DNA of 56,260 nucleotides from a virus (Duplodnaviria > Caudoviricetes). Where the stretch lies: the IMG/VR virus record IMGVR_UViG_3300009124_000014, positions 1-56,260 of that record, one strand, 5' to 3'. Of this stretch, positions 18,795-27,839 are shown piece after piece. The notes below the pieces were generated by a model. That model worked only from the letters and a program-made list of their open reading frames with translations, was not told the DNA's origin and did not search any database. A program made the position numbers and the translations under genes. The stretch's first letter is position 1. Each line of letters opens with the position of its first letter.

Positions 18795-21348
18795 TTTTGA
18801 GGTACACAGAGCGGTAGTTCATTCATCCAACACGGTGACTGGTGAGGCACTGGTTCGTATACCGGCGCTCTTGGGAGCGAGCCAAGTAGTAAGCGTCCCC
18901 CGTACAGGCCTGACGCAGGTCAGTGGGTTTTGGAACGTCCCCCAAGAAGGTGCTTCTACCTTCGTGGCGGTGTCAGATGATCGCACTCAGTTCTTCTGGT
19001 TGACCGCCGTAACGACTCCGTCAGGAGGAGACGACCGTGACGTAGTCGACTCCTTGCAGTTCAATGTTGGTGCCAACATTACAGTTGAGTCAGAGGGTCT
19101 TCTGGCGTGGAACGAGGACTGGGGAACGGTCGACATCGGGTTGCACGGTTCTAACGCCGTACTTCACGTCGGTCAACAGGTTTACTATTACGCTAAGAAC
19201 CAGACGGGGTCACAGATCGACAAGGGAACAGTTGTTCGCTTTGATGGTGCTCTAGGTGCCTCGGGCCACCTCAAGATGGCCCCCTTCCTTGCTGATGGCA
19301 CGTACCCATCTGAATACGTTATGGGTGTCACTGCACACGACATTCCAGCCGGTGACGATGGTTACGTTGTCCACTTTGGTGCCGTACGCGGCATTGACAC
19401 TGCTACTCCCGGCTGGTCTGCTGGTGACGTGGTGTACGCCTCGCCAACTGTTACTGGCGGTCTGACCAGCACTACGCCAGTGGCCCCCAACAACATCATT
19501 CTTGTAGCCGCAGTAGTCAACTCCCATCAGAATAACGGTGAGTTGTTCGTACGCCCCACACTGGCAGCAAACATCCTTAACGACGAAGGCATCGTTTACA
19601 CCAACCTCGCTGATAACGACTTGCTGAGGTACAACTCAACTACTGGAGCATTTGAGAACTTTGATGCGTCCCCGACTATCACCCTTGCAGGAGATGCCAC
19701 AGGAAGCGTGACGCTCACAAACTTGGGTAACGGGACGCTGACTATGGCAGTGGTTAACGACAGTCACACCCACGATGGGCGCTACTACACGGAAACAGAA
19801 TCCGATTCTAGATTCGTTAACGTAGACGGGGATACCATGACCGGTGCTCTAACCGCAACATCTTTTTCAGGTAGCGGAGCATCACTCACTTCGCTCAATG
19901 CCTCGAACATTTCATCGGGAACATTCCCTGATCGTTTTGATTCTGGCACCCGTTACAACATCGGTTATATCGACGGTGTAGGAGTCAGCAGTTACGACAA
20001 ACTTCGTGTGTGGAACAGCAGTTCTTACACGATTGGCATGGTGTCAGGAATCACCTACGGGCACCTCGGTGATTATGCGATGACGTTCCGCATGAACAGC
20101 GACAACGACCGTGGGTTCTGGTGGGGCGACACATCACACACGGCGGCTACTGGCGCGATGTCACTCACGACGAACGGGCGACTCACGGTGGCTACGTCAT
20201 TGAGCGTTGGGCAAGGCGAAAGCATCACATCGCCATCGACAACTACGTTGTATGTCAATGGCGGTTTGCTCGCTACTGGCAACGTGGAGGCACAAGGCAA
20301 TCTCGTCGTCACTCGCCCCGATGCACTCATGCTCGCTGGCGCATCAGACAACAACCACAAAATATATTCAGTGAACGCCGCCGACACAGGACTGCCGTGG
20401 TCTGACGGACCAGTTCTCGTCGGTCACAGCGGTTGGGGAATGTACTGCGAGCAAGAGAACGTCTGGCGAATGGGTCTGCGAGGCTCCAACTCAAATTCGA
20501 ACACCCGCTATGGCTGGTACAACTGCAACCTTCTAGTAGGGAGCGCCCCAGACGATGCCAAGAACACTCATACATTCCGTGTTCAAGGCAACATGTACAT
20601 CACTAGTGGTATTCATCAGGACGACAATGGAACTATTAACTATTTCGATGCTGAGTCAAAGTTTAGGTACGAGAGCACTTCTAATGACTGGTCAGCCCAA
20701 CCGGTGCAGTTGATGTCACAGTATGACATCGGATTAGCCGTCCGTTCGTACAATTCCGATGCCAGCACCATGATGATGCGTCCAGCCAGTGGTCTCGTTT
20801 ACTTCCAGAACCACAATGACAGTGCTGGCGTGACTTTGGTTGCCGCTGGGTATAGCCCGTCCTCAATGCAGTATAAGCAGGATATTGAGACTTGGGATAC
20901 ACCTAAGTCTGTCGGCGCTGCTGTCGGACCGGACGAGGTTGTAGACGCCACAAGTATGCTTAAGTCCCTTCGTCCCGTGACGTACCGAATGGATAGGATG
21001 CATTACTTGTCGGTCTCCCCCCAATCAGAGCGTAGAAGAGAAGCCCTGAAGAGGCTCAACGTCTACCGTCGTAGCAAGGGCATGAAGAACTTTACGTCGG
21101 AAGAACTTGTTCACCAGTGTGGGCGTGACTGCGACGGCTCTTCAGAGGAACCCTGTCTTTTTTATCGTAACTGGGATCGTAAGAACTTAGGCTTTGTCGC
21201 TGAAGAGGCGGGTGCTGTATCCGCTCACCTAACCAAAGAGGGTAAGGATGGGGATAACACTCTTATCGACTTCACGGCTGTGTCTGCTACCTTGGTTAAA
21301 GCCTTCCAAGAGTTGGAGACTCGTCTCGCTGCTCTTGAGGGTAGTTGA
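18781..21348 (+). CDS. Central spike-like protein: gp5-type OB-fold N-terminus fused to a fibre with S74-like chaperone
   Basis: HRAVV...VRIPAL...VPQEGASTFVAV N-terminus; HTHDGRYYTETE fibre motif; SSMQYKQDI, LRPVTY, LGFVAEE, RLAALEG. Confidence 0.75.
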   Translation: MHTPDFEVHRAVVHSSNTVTGEALVRIPALLGASQVVSVPRTGLTQVSGFWNVPQEGASTFVAVSDDRTQFFWLTAVTTPSGGDDRDVVDSLQFNVGANITVESEGLLAWNEDWGTVDIGLHGSNAVLHVGQQVYYYAKNQTGSQIDKGTVVRFDGALGASGHLKMAPFLADGTYPSEYVMGVTAHDIPAGDDGYVVHFGAVRGIDTATPGWSAGDVVYASPTVTGGLTSTTPVAPNNIILVAAVVNSHQNNGELFVRPTLAANILNDEGIVYTNLADNDLLRYNSTTGAFENFDASPTITLAGDATGSVTLTNLGNGTLTMAVVNDSHTHDGRYYTETESDSRFVNVDGDTMTGALTATSFSGSGASLTSLNASNISSGTFPDRFDSGTRYNIGYIDGVGVSSYDKLRVWNSSSYTIGMVSGITYGHLGDYAMTFRMNSDNDRGFWWGDTSHTAATGAMSLTTNGRLTVATSLSVGQGESITSPSTTTLYVNGGLLATGNVEAQGNLVVTRPDALMLAGASDNNHKIYSVNAADTGLPWSDGPVLVGHSGWGMYCEQENVWRMGLRGSNSNSNTRYGWYNCNLLVGSAPDDAKNTHTFRVQGNMYITSGIHQDDNGTINYFDAESKFRYESTSNDWSAQPVQLMSQYDIGLAVRSYNSDASTMMMRPASGLVYFQNHNDSAGVTLVAAGYSPSSMQYKQDIETWDTPKSVGAAVGPDEVVDATSMLKSLRPVTYRMDRMHYLSVSPQSERRREALKRLNVYRRSKGMKNFTSEELVHQCGRDCDGSSEEPCLFYRNWDRKNLGFVAEEAGAVSAHLTKEGKDGDNTLIDFTAVSATLVKAFQELETRLAALEGS

Positions 21349-21374
21349 CACACCGCCCCCACAACAGATAAGGT
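21345..21374 (+). promoter_or_regulatory. Sigma70/HrdB-type promoter, probably leaderless
   Basis: TTGACA-N18-TAAGGT with ATG 7 nt downstream of the -10 element. Confidence 0.6.
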
Positions 21375-21381
21375 ACACAAC

Positions 21382-21525
21382 ATGAACATTTCACCAGAAG
21401 AAGTCATCCAAGAGTTCCAGCGGCAGTTCCCCAAGGAGTTCACGATCTGCGTACAGGCGATTCAGATCACCAAGTTGCAGGAACAGGCACAGGAACAGGA
21501 GAAGACCGTTGCCGGAGAAGACTGA
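21382..21525 (+). CDS. Small hypothetical protein (47 aa), not in the ORF track
   Basis: MNISPEEVIQEFQRQFPKEFTICVQAIQITKLQEQAQEQEKTVAGED; fills the gap after the promoter. Confidence 0.7.
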   Translation: MNISPEEVIQEFQRQFPKEFTICVQAIQITKLQEQAQEQEKTVAGED

Positions 21526-22243
21526 AGCACGATGGCCCCTCGGTAAGGGGGCCGGTATCTGCATCCACGAAAACGTCCTTCCCTCAAAGTTATGCAAGAG
21601 CATCATCAAGTTCTTTGAGGAGCGACCCCACTTCCAGCACCCCGGAAAGACTTTTGGCGGAGTTACTCCTGAGATTAAACTGTCTACAGACTCTCACATC
21701 ATGTCAGGTAATCCGTACGCTGAGACCGACGAAGAGCGGGAGTTTCTCGGCAAGGCTGACCATGCCATCTACGAGTTGTATCGTGTAGTTCTCGCTGAGT
21801 ACATCTCTCAGTACTTGTCGCTGACACGTGAATGGGTTCACAGAGAGGACACCGGTTACCAGTACCAGAGGTATACCAAGAAAGAGGGCTTCTACAAGCC
21901 CCACATTGACGGTGCTCCTTACGCTGGTCCGGGCGGTGCCGAAAGGGTACTCGCTTCTGTTATGTACCTAAATACTGTGAAGAAAGGTGGCGGAACTCAC
22001 TTTGACTACTTTGACTTTACCTGCGATGCGGTAGAGGGACGTATCGTCACGTTTCCCGCTACGTTTCTTCACCTGCACGGTGGGTTGGTCCCCAAGTCGA
22101 GCGATAAGTGTATTATCAGTACTTTTGTAAAAGCGCCTCCTCCCGCCGCCGCACCCGAGTCCCCCGACATAACACCTACTTCAGAGGTAGTGCCTATAAA
22201 GGCGGAGTTGCCGGATATTGATTTGTCGGAGTTTGACATCTAA
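21509..22243 (+). CDS. 2OG-Fe(II) oxygenase (prolyl 4-hydroxylase-like)
   Basis: YKPHID, VMYLN...GGGTHF, FPATFLHLHGG and DKCIIST motifs. Confidence 0.9.
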   Translation: MPEKTEARWPLGKGAGICIHENVLPSKLCKSIIKFFEERPHFQHPGKTFGGVTPEIKLSTDSHIMSGNPYAETDEEREFLGKADHAIYELYRVVLAEYISQYLSLTREWVHREDTGYQYQRYTKKEGFYKPHIDGAPYAGPGGAERVLASVMYLNTVKKGGGTHFDYFDFTCDAVEGRIVTFPATFLHLHGGLVPKSSDKCIISTFVKAPPPAAAPESPDITPTSEVVPIKAELPDIDLSEFDI

Positions 22244-22263
22244 ATGTAATATTGTGGTATACT
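22233..22263 (+). promoter_or_regulatory. Putative promoter (extended -10 TGGTATACT with TTGACA upstream)
   Basis: TTGACA at 22233 with a long 19 nt spacer, TG-n-TATACT, then GAGGAGGAGG RBS. Confidence 0.55.
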
Positions 22264-22290
22264 GGTACCTACCTGAGGAGGAGGTATCAC

Positions 22291-22878
22291 ATGCTACGAA
22301 TGCTTTACCTTGCTGTAAGCGCGTTAGTACTTACCCTGTACAGCGCTTTGAGTCCCAACGACTCGTACGGAGTCGCTGAGATAGTTCCTGTGACTAGCAC
22401 TACTGCTGTACCGGTTACATACCCTATCAATCCTTTGATGATCGAGGACTTGTTGGCGGATGCGCACCACACGGAATCGTCTATTCCGGTGCTAGCACCC
22501 ACCCCCAAGAGTGTTACGAGAATCGTACCGAGTACCACCACCACCACCACTCTTCCAGACGGTAAGTGTAGTGAATGGTATCCACAGGCTCTGGAGGCAG
22601 GCTGGGAGGTAGATCAACTGACTAAAGTTGGTCGCATTGCTTGGGCTGAGAGTAGGTGCCAACATGACATCGCTAACAAGACCTACTCGTACGGATTGAT
22701 GCAGGTTGAGTGGTCAGCGCACAAAGGTTGGCTGGAGTCAGAATTCGGCATAACTGACAGAGAAGCGCTGTACGACCCTGTGGTAAACTTAGAGGTATCT
22801 AAGTGGTTGTTTGATTACGCCGAGGAGCACTATGGTTGCGGTTGGCAACCTTGGTACATGAGCGGTGACTGGTGTTAA
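22291..22878 (+). CDS. Secreted/membrane-anchored lytic transglycosylase (SLT-like)
   Basis: Hydrophobic N-terminus, Thr run, IAWAESRC with catalytic Glu, SYGLMQV, LYDPVVNL, GWQPW. Confidence 0.85.
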   Translation: MLRMLYLAVSALVLTLYSALSPNDSYGVAEIVPVTSTTAVPVTYPINPLMIEDLLADAHHTESSIPVLAPTPKSVTRIVPSTTTTTTLPDGKCSEWYPQALEAGWEVDQLTKVGRIAWAESRCQHDIANKTYSYGLMQVEWSAHKGWLESEFGITDREALYDPVVNLEVSKWLFDYAEEHYGCGWQPWYMSGDWC

Positions 22879-22946
22879 TCGTCGGCTGCATCATTCTGAT
22901 GATTATTTGCGTGGACGTAATCCTGAGGTTTTTGGATGAACTGTAG
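22872..22946 (+). CDS. Putative 24-aa hydrophobic micropeptide
   Basis: GTG start overlapping the upstream stop; MLIVGCIILMIICVDVILRFLDEL; stop abuts the next ATG. Confidence 0.45.
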   Translation: MLIVGCIILMIICVDVILRFLDEL

Positions 22947-24251
22947 ATGCGCAAAGTTTCTTTTTTACCCTTACTTCTGTGGGTCTTTTCGCTGTTCTAC
23001 GCCCCCTCTGTATCGGCAGGCTCTTATTCAGTACTAAGCGAGAGCGACTGGTTTTTCACAGTAGAGGAAGACCAGACTCTCGTCATCATCTACGGCAACA
23101 GCAACCGAGAGTGTAACGAGCCGGGGGCTGACCCTTATCTGTGGCTGTACACGGCAGATGGATCACTAGTAGCCCAAGACGACGACGGTAACCACGGCGC
23201 TGGTCAATGTGTTTCCTCAAAGATATATACGACGCTTAGTGCTGGAGATTACAGATTACGCGCAGGTTATTACTTCCAACAGCGGGGTATCGGCTACGAG
23301 GGTGGTGTGTATGAGTTACTATTTGACTTAGACCTGACCGGCACTACCACCACAACGACATGGGTACCAACTACAACTTCCACCACGACAACCACCACCT
23401 CGTCAACGACAACCTCGTCAACGACAACCACTACGTCGACGACGACCACGGTGCCTCCCACTACGTCGACATCGTCAACGACGACGACAGTGCCTCCTAC
23501 GACGACTACCGTAGCGCCGACGCCTACTACCTCAAGCACAAGTACAACGTCGACCTCGCTTCCCCCTACAACGACCAGTTCCACCACGACCAGTACCACC
23601 ACGACCACTACCGTCGCACCAACGACAACAGTGCCCCCGACGACCTCTTCGACAACTTCTACGACGAGTTCAACAAGCACTACAACCACGACAACGACGA
23701 CGACCGCACCGCCACCGCCATCGACTACGTCAACAACCACGACTACGACAGTCCCCCCGACAACTACATCGACAACTTCTACGACGACTTCTACTTCAAC
23801 AACTTCCACGACGGTGCCTGTGACGAGCACCTCGTCAACAAGCACCACAACTACGACTGAAGTCCCCGTAACGACGACAACTCAGCCCCCCAGGACACCT
23901 GAGTCGGCTATAATTGCTCGCATAACCGATATCGAACTTGCTGAGTCAGTGGAAAGTATCATCACTGGTGAAGTAACCGTCGAAGTACTTGACGAACTGG
24001 TCAATAACGAGAACTTCGACAACCTTGACGAGGAGACTCTAGAGGCTGTCAGCGAAGCCCTATCCGAGGCCCCTACCGAGATAAAAGAAGAGTTTGAATC
24101 TGAAGTGAACATATATAACGGGTCTTTTGACACTTATGTTCCAGTAGGTAGCCGCATCAGCGTCGAAGATCGACGTGTCGTTGTCGCGGTTACAGCCACG
24201 GTCTCAGCAGCAGCAGCCGCCCCCGCAGGAGGTGGCAGAAGGAGACGTTGA
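22947..24251 (+). CDS. Secreted surface protein with PPC-like domain, long Thr/Ser/Pro linker and C-terminal anchor
   Basis: Signal peptide; DPYLWLY...VAQDDDGN...LSAGDYRL; Thr-rich tract; C-terminal hydrophobic stretch followed by RRRR. Confidence 0.8.
   Translation: MRKVSFLPLLLWVFSLFYAPSVSAGSYSVLSESDWFFTVEEDQTLVIIYGNSNRECNEPGADPYLWLYTADGSLVAQDDDGNHGAGQCVSSKIYTTLSAGDYRLRAGYYFQQRGIGYEGGVYELLFDLDLTGTTTTTTWVPTTTSTTTTTTSSTTTSSTTTTTSTTTTVPPTTSTSSTTTTVPPTTTTVAPTPTTSSTSTTSTSLPPTTTSSTTTSTTTTTTVAPTTTVPPTTSSTTSTTSSTSTTTTTTTTTAPPPPSTTSTTTTTTVPPTTTSTTSTTTSTSTTSTTVPVTSTSSTSTTTTTEVPVTTTTQPPRTPESAIIARITDIELAESVESIITGEVTVEVLDELVNNENFDNLDEETLEAVSEALSEAPTEIKEEFESEVNIYNGSFDTYVPVGSRISVEDRRVVVAVTATVSAAAAAPAGGGRRRR
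23337..23885 (+). repeat. Low-complexity ACN (Thr) codon tract
   Basis: Imperfect TTTVPPTTS-type repeats across about 550 nt. Confidence 0.9.
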
Positions 24252-24430
24252 TGCTGAAACGACTGTTCAAGGAGGGGTACGCCCTCGTATGGACACTATC
24301 AGGTACGGCTTTAGTGCTAATCACGCTCTCAGGTGAGGTTCTGCGTTACGCACTATGGATCAGCGGAGCGTCAATCGCAGCCCACCTTGTAGGTTTCCTG
24401 TTCTTTGGAGGCGAAGATGACGAGTCTTAG
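24251..24430 (+). CDS. Small two-TM membrane protein
   Basis: Two hydrophobic segments; TGATG coupling to the upstream gene. Confidence 0.7.
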   Translation: MLKRLFKEGYALVWTLSGTALVLITLSGEVLRYALWISGASIAAHLVGFLFFGGEDDES

Positions 24431-24665
24431 TATGGTTAGAGACGTTTTGGTTCGCATGTTTGCGACCTTTACAGCGTCTGCTCTAAGCATCATTTCTGGG
24501 GCTGCGATTGTAGGTGACATCCCCATGCACAAGGCAGCGTTCCTCGCAGGGTTTGTGGCCGTGGCTCAGGTTGCTGAGAAACTGGCCCGTGCCAGTATGG
24601 ATGGAGAACTCACCAAGGAAGAGATCGACGAAGCGTTTCTAGGTGCCAGAATCAAGTCTGAGTAA
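24417..24665 (+). CDS. Holin-like membrane protein
   Basis: GGAGG RBS; RMFATF plus hydrophobic helices; DGELTKEEIDEAF tail; adjacent to holin and endolysin. Confidence 0.6.
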   Translation: MTSLSMVRDVLVRMFATFTASALSIISGAAIVGDIPMHKAAFLAGFVAVAQVAEKLARASMDGELTKEEIDEAFLGARIKSE

Positions 24666-24728
24666 ACCCACACACCTGTAGTAGTATGTGGTAGTGTTTG
24701 TATGTCCGATATACCACTGGAGGTATCC

Positions 24729-24959
24729 ATGTTTGAACCAAAGTTTCTTAAGGACGTTGCTGAGCGTGCAGTGGCTACGTTTGCACAGACTCTCGTCGCT
24801 CTTGTCGGTACTGACGCCGTCGACATTCTGTCGGTGGGCCTCGGGGACTCCCTGAAGGCTGCTGCCGTGGCCGCTGGCCTGTCTGTAGTCAAGTCTGTAG
24901 CCGCCGCCCGTGGCCCTATTGGGGACTCGTCAGCCAGCGCTGTAAATCTTGGGAAGTGA
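24729..24959 (+). CDS. Holin (r1t family-like)
   Basis: FLKDVAERAVATFAQTLVA motif; directly upstream of the endolysin. Confidence 0.85.
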   Translation: MFEPKFLKDVAERAVATFAQTLVALVGTDAVDILSVGLGDSLKAAAVAAGLSVVKSVAAARGPIGDSSASAVNLGK

Positions 24960-24964
24960 TCTAG

Positions 24965-25918
24965 ATGGCTAAGAGGCCCTACACCGGGTATGACGATACC
25001 GCTACAGGTAAGCGTCCCGGCTTTGAAACGCTTATCGACCTTTTGGAGGCTCATTTTGGCCTCTGGAATAACGGTACGTACGGCGTTCGTAAAAAGCGCG
25101 GGAAGTCATCCCTGTCCGTTCATGCGACGGGGCGGGCTGGGGATCTCAGTTGGCGTGGTGCCCCGTATCGCGGAACTGGTAACTATGACGACGCCTGCAA
25201 GATGATGGACTGGCTCACGGAACACGCAGATGCTCTAGAGATCGAAGCCATATTCGACTACTACCCACAGCCGTACGGACGTGGGTACAAGTGTGACCGT
25301 GACGCTTGGAATGTTTATGACAAGCGTGCGTTTTCTGGTGCCCCCGGTGGGGACTGGGTACACGTCGAGGTGTCTAATAAGTACGCCGATGATCCTCAGT
25401 ACTACATCGATTACTTTACAAAGCACCTAGGTGAAGCCGATGTTAAGCCATCCCCTCCCAAGAAGACTACGAAGAAACCAGCCGGAAAAGATCCTTGGCT
25501 TCAGGTCGGGTCTAAGGGAGAGCAAGTCAAAGTCGTTCAAAAGGTGGTTAACGCTACCGTCGACGGTAATTTCGGTCCCCAGACCGAGGACGCAGTTAAG
25601 CGCTGGCAAGCAGAGCGCGACTTACACGTAGACGGTATCGTCGGACCCGCTACATGGGCGATCATTGAAGAGGTCGCTAACGGCACAGATTCCGACGACA
25701 AACCAGAGCCAGAGCCGACAGGGAATGAGTATCCGGGCACCCCTATCCAGCGTGGTAGCCGTGGTGACGACGTTAAGAAGGTTCAGACAAAGGTCGGTGC
25801 TAAAGCCGATGGATGGTTCGGTCCTGCCACTGAGCGTCGTGTAAAGAACTGGCAGAAGGCAAACGGTGAGCACGTCGACGGGATTGTCGGTCCCAAGACG
25901 TGGGCCGCGATGTTCTGA
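24965..25918 (+). CDS. Endolysin: M15-like Zn peptidase plus two peptidoglycan-binding domains
   Basis: SVHATGRAGDL...WVHVE; two DG.FGP.TE..VK.WQ...VDGIVGP.TW repeats. Confidence 0.9.
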   Translation: MAKRPYTGYDDTATGKRPGFETLIDLLEAHFGLWNNGTYGVRKKRGKSSLSVHATGRAGDLSWRGAPYRGTGNYDDACKMMDWLTEHADALEIEAIFDYYPQPYGRGYKCDRDAWNVYDKRAFSGAPGGDWVHVEVSNKYADDPQYYIDYFTKHLGEADVKPSPPKKTTKKPAGKDPWLQVGSKGEQVKVVQKVVNATVDGNFGPQTEDAVKRWQAERDLHVDGIVGPATWAIIEEVANGTDSDDKPEPEPTGNEYPGTPIQRGSRGDDVKKVQTKVGAKADGWFGPATERRVKNWQKANGEHVDGIVGPKTWAAMF

Positions 25919-25926
25919 GGTGATTA

Positions 25927-26313
25927 GTGAGGTCTTTCTCCATTCCGTTTCGGTTCACAGGTGGTAAGGTCGCTTTTACTACCGATCCCACTACTGAGAT
26001 TGAGCAAAAGATCGTCGACTGCCTAGTTACTTCTCCTATGGAGCGCATTGGGGTCACAGACTACGGTGCGAACTTGTATAATCTAGTTTTTGAGAACATT
26101 GATGACCTCGTAGAGGGTGACCTCCGCTTAGACATTGTGTCTGAGATCGAGAGCAGGGTTTCCGGCGTGACGGTTGTTGGTGTGGAATTCAAGGAGCACG
26201 AGTGGTACGACAGTACGGTAGTGTGTCGAATTTCCTATTCGATGCCGCTCAGCCCCCCGAGGGTCGTAGAAGTAAACTTGTCTGCATTACTAACTGAGGA
26301 GACTCCACTCTAA
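25927..26313 (+). CDS. Baseplate wedge protein (gp25-like)
   Basis: SIPFRF...LVTSPMERIGVTDYGANLYNLVFE. Confidence 0.88.
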   Translation: MRSFSIPFRFTGGKVAFTTDPTTEIEQKIVDCLVTSPMERIGVTDYGANLYNLVFENIDDLVEGDLRLDIVSEIESRVSGVTVVGVEFKEHEWYDSTVVCRISYSMPLSPPRVVEVNLSALLTEETPL

Positions 26314-27836
26314 TGGCTTTTGATTACACCAGCAGAGACTTTAATACGGTCAAAGCCGACCTTCTCGCCCGCGCAGAGCGTGTGGTACCAGACTGGACCA
26401 GTCGTGACCAGTCAGACTTTGGTATGGTTATGGTTGATTTGTGGGCCTATGGGATGGATGTTTTGCACTATTACATCGATCGCGCTGCCGGTGAAACCTT
26501 TCTACCCACTGCCACACAGCGCGAATCGGTGCTGGCGTTGGCTAATCTATTTGATTACACGCCCCGCAGCAGGACTAGCGCTCAATCTGTTCTGACACTG
26601 TCTAACTCAGGTGGAGAAGAGGTTGTTATCCCTCGTTACACGAAGTTTGTTGCTAGGTACGATGGTAAAACCTACAACGCATACAGTAGTGGTATTAGCA
26701 CAATTCCGGCTAACTCCACGGGCATCGTACCGGTTTACGAAGGTACGATTGTTAATGACCCATCCGAGGTGCTCACGATATCTTCTACAGGCGAAGTATC
26801 TCAGCGTTACACTTTGTCTAATCGTGGCGTAGTAGCGTCTTCCGTCGTAGTTAGGGTGTTGGAGGACGGCGTCAATCCTGTTTTGTACCGTAGAGTCAAC
26901 AGAATCTCTACAGCCGCAGCCGGTGATCGTGCTTACGTGATTCGCCTTAACGCAGATAACAGTACAGAAATTGTGTTCGGCAACTCTGTCGCAGGGTTCT
27001 CCCCTCCAGCAGGTTCAAGAATTGAAGTTATCTACGCTACTTCTAGCGGTGCAGGCGGTAACATACCTGCCAACTCGATTGCATCGTTCTATAGTGTTAC
27101 TCCCGATTACATCACAATTCAGTCAAGTACTGCGTTTTCAGGGGGCGTTAGCGAAGAGAGTATTGACACCTTAAAAACCACCGTTCCATCTGTTATCGCT
27201 TCTCAGAACAGAGCAGTAACAGCAACTGATTACAAGAACCTAGCCTTGCAGGTAGAGGGTATTTCTAAAGCCGCCGTCGCCTACACCCCCAACCCAGCCG
27301 GGGGTTCCAGCGCAGGTAACGCTAGCGTGACTATCTACGCCCAACCAGACCGGACGGACGATTACCTCACCGCCAACACGGCTGAGGATCAACTGAGTGC
27401 TGGACCTCCTGTTATTTGGGGACAAACCCTTACGACGGATCAGAGGCAGGCAGTTGTCGACTTTATTTCCCCCAAGACGATGCTGGGTGTCGAGGTAGTT
27501 TGTGCAGAGGAGATTGTGTGGACTGCGATAGATATCGATATCACTATCACGGTTAATCCTAGGGCCGTTGCTGCTTGGGTAAAGCAGTCAGTAGAAGATG
27601 CTTTAGACGCTATCTTTACTTTCAACTCAGTATCGTTTAACCAGACCCTTTCCTCATCCCAGATTTATAGGACGGTTATGGGTATCGATGGGATCGACTA
27701 CGCTGTTCTGAGTGTGTTTGACGAGACTAATGACAGTTCACAAACAGTGGAGGATACGATTACAGTAGGCCAGTACGTACTGCCTAAGAAAGGCACTATT
27801 ACAGTGACTGTTCTTGGCGGCATCACAAGCGTGTAA
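26313..27836 (+). CDS. Baseplate wedge protein (gpJ/gp6-like)
   Basis: DYTSRDF, WTSRDQSDFG, ETFLPTATQRESV, RAVTATDY motifs. Confidence 0.92.
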   Translation: MAFDYTSRDFNTVKADLLARAERVVPDWTSRDQSDFGMVMVDLWAYGMDVLHYYIDRAAGETFLPTATQRESVLALANLFDYTPRSRTSAQSVLTLSNSGGEEVVIPRYTKFVARYDGKTYNAYSSGISTIPANSTGIVPVYEGTIVNDPSEVLTISSTGEVSQRYTLSNRGVVASSVVVRVLEDGVNPVLYRRVNRISTAAAGDRAYVIRLNADNSTEIVFGNSVAGFSPPAGSRIEVIYATSSGAGGNIPANSIASFYSVTPDYITIQSSTAFSGGVSEESIDTLKTTVPSVIASQNRAVTATDYKNLALQVEGISKAAVAYTPNPAGGSSAGNASVTIYAQPDRTDDYLTANTAEDQLSAGPPVIWGQTLTTDQRQAVVDFISPKTMLGVEVVCAEEIVWTAIDIDITITVNPRAVAAWVKQSVEDALDAIFTFNSVSFNQTLSSSQIYRTVMGIDGIDYAVLSVFDETNDSSQTVEDTITVGQYVLPKKGTITVTVLGGITSV

Positions 27837-27839
27837 ACC

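Noticed and set aside
23294-23860. Val-rich minus-strand ORF and Asp/Asn/His-rich alternative-frame ORF
   Set aside because: Shadows of the ACN Thr tract, which is poor in stop codons in other frames.
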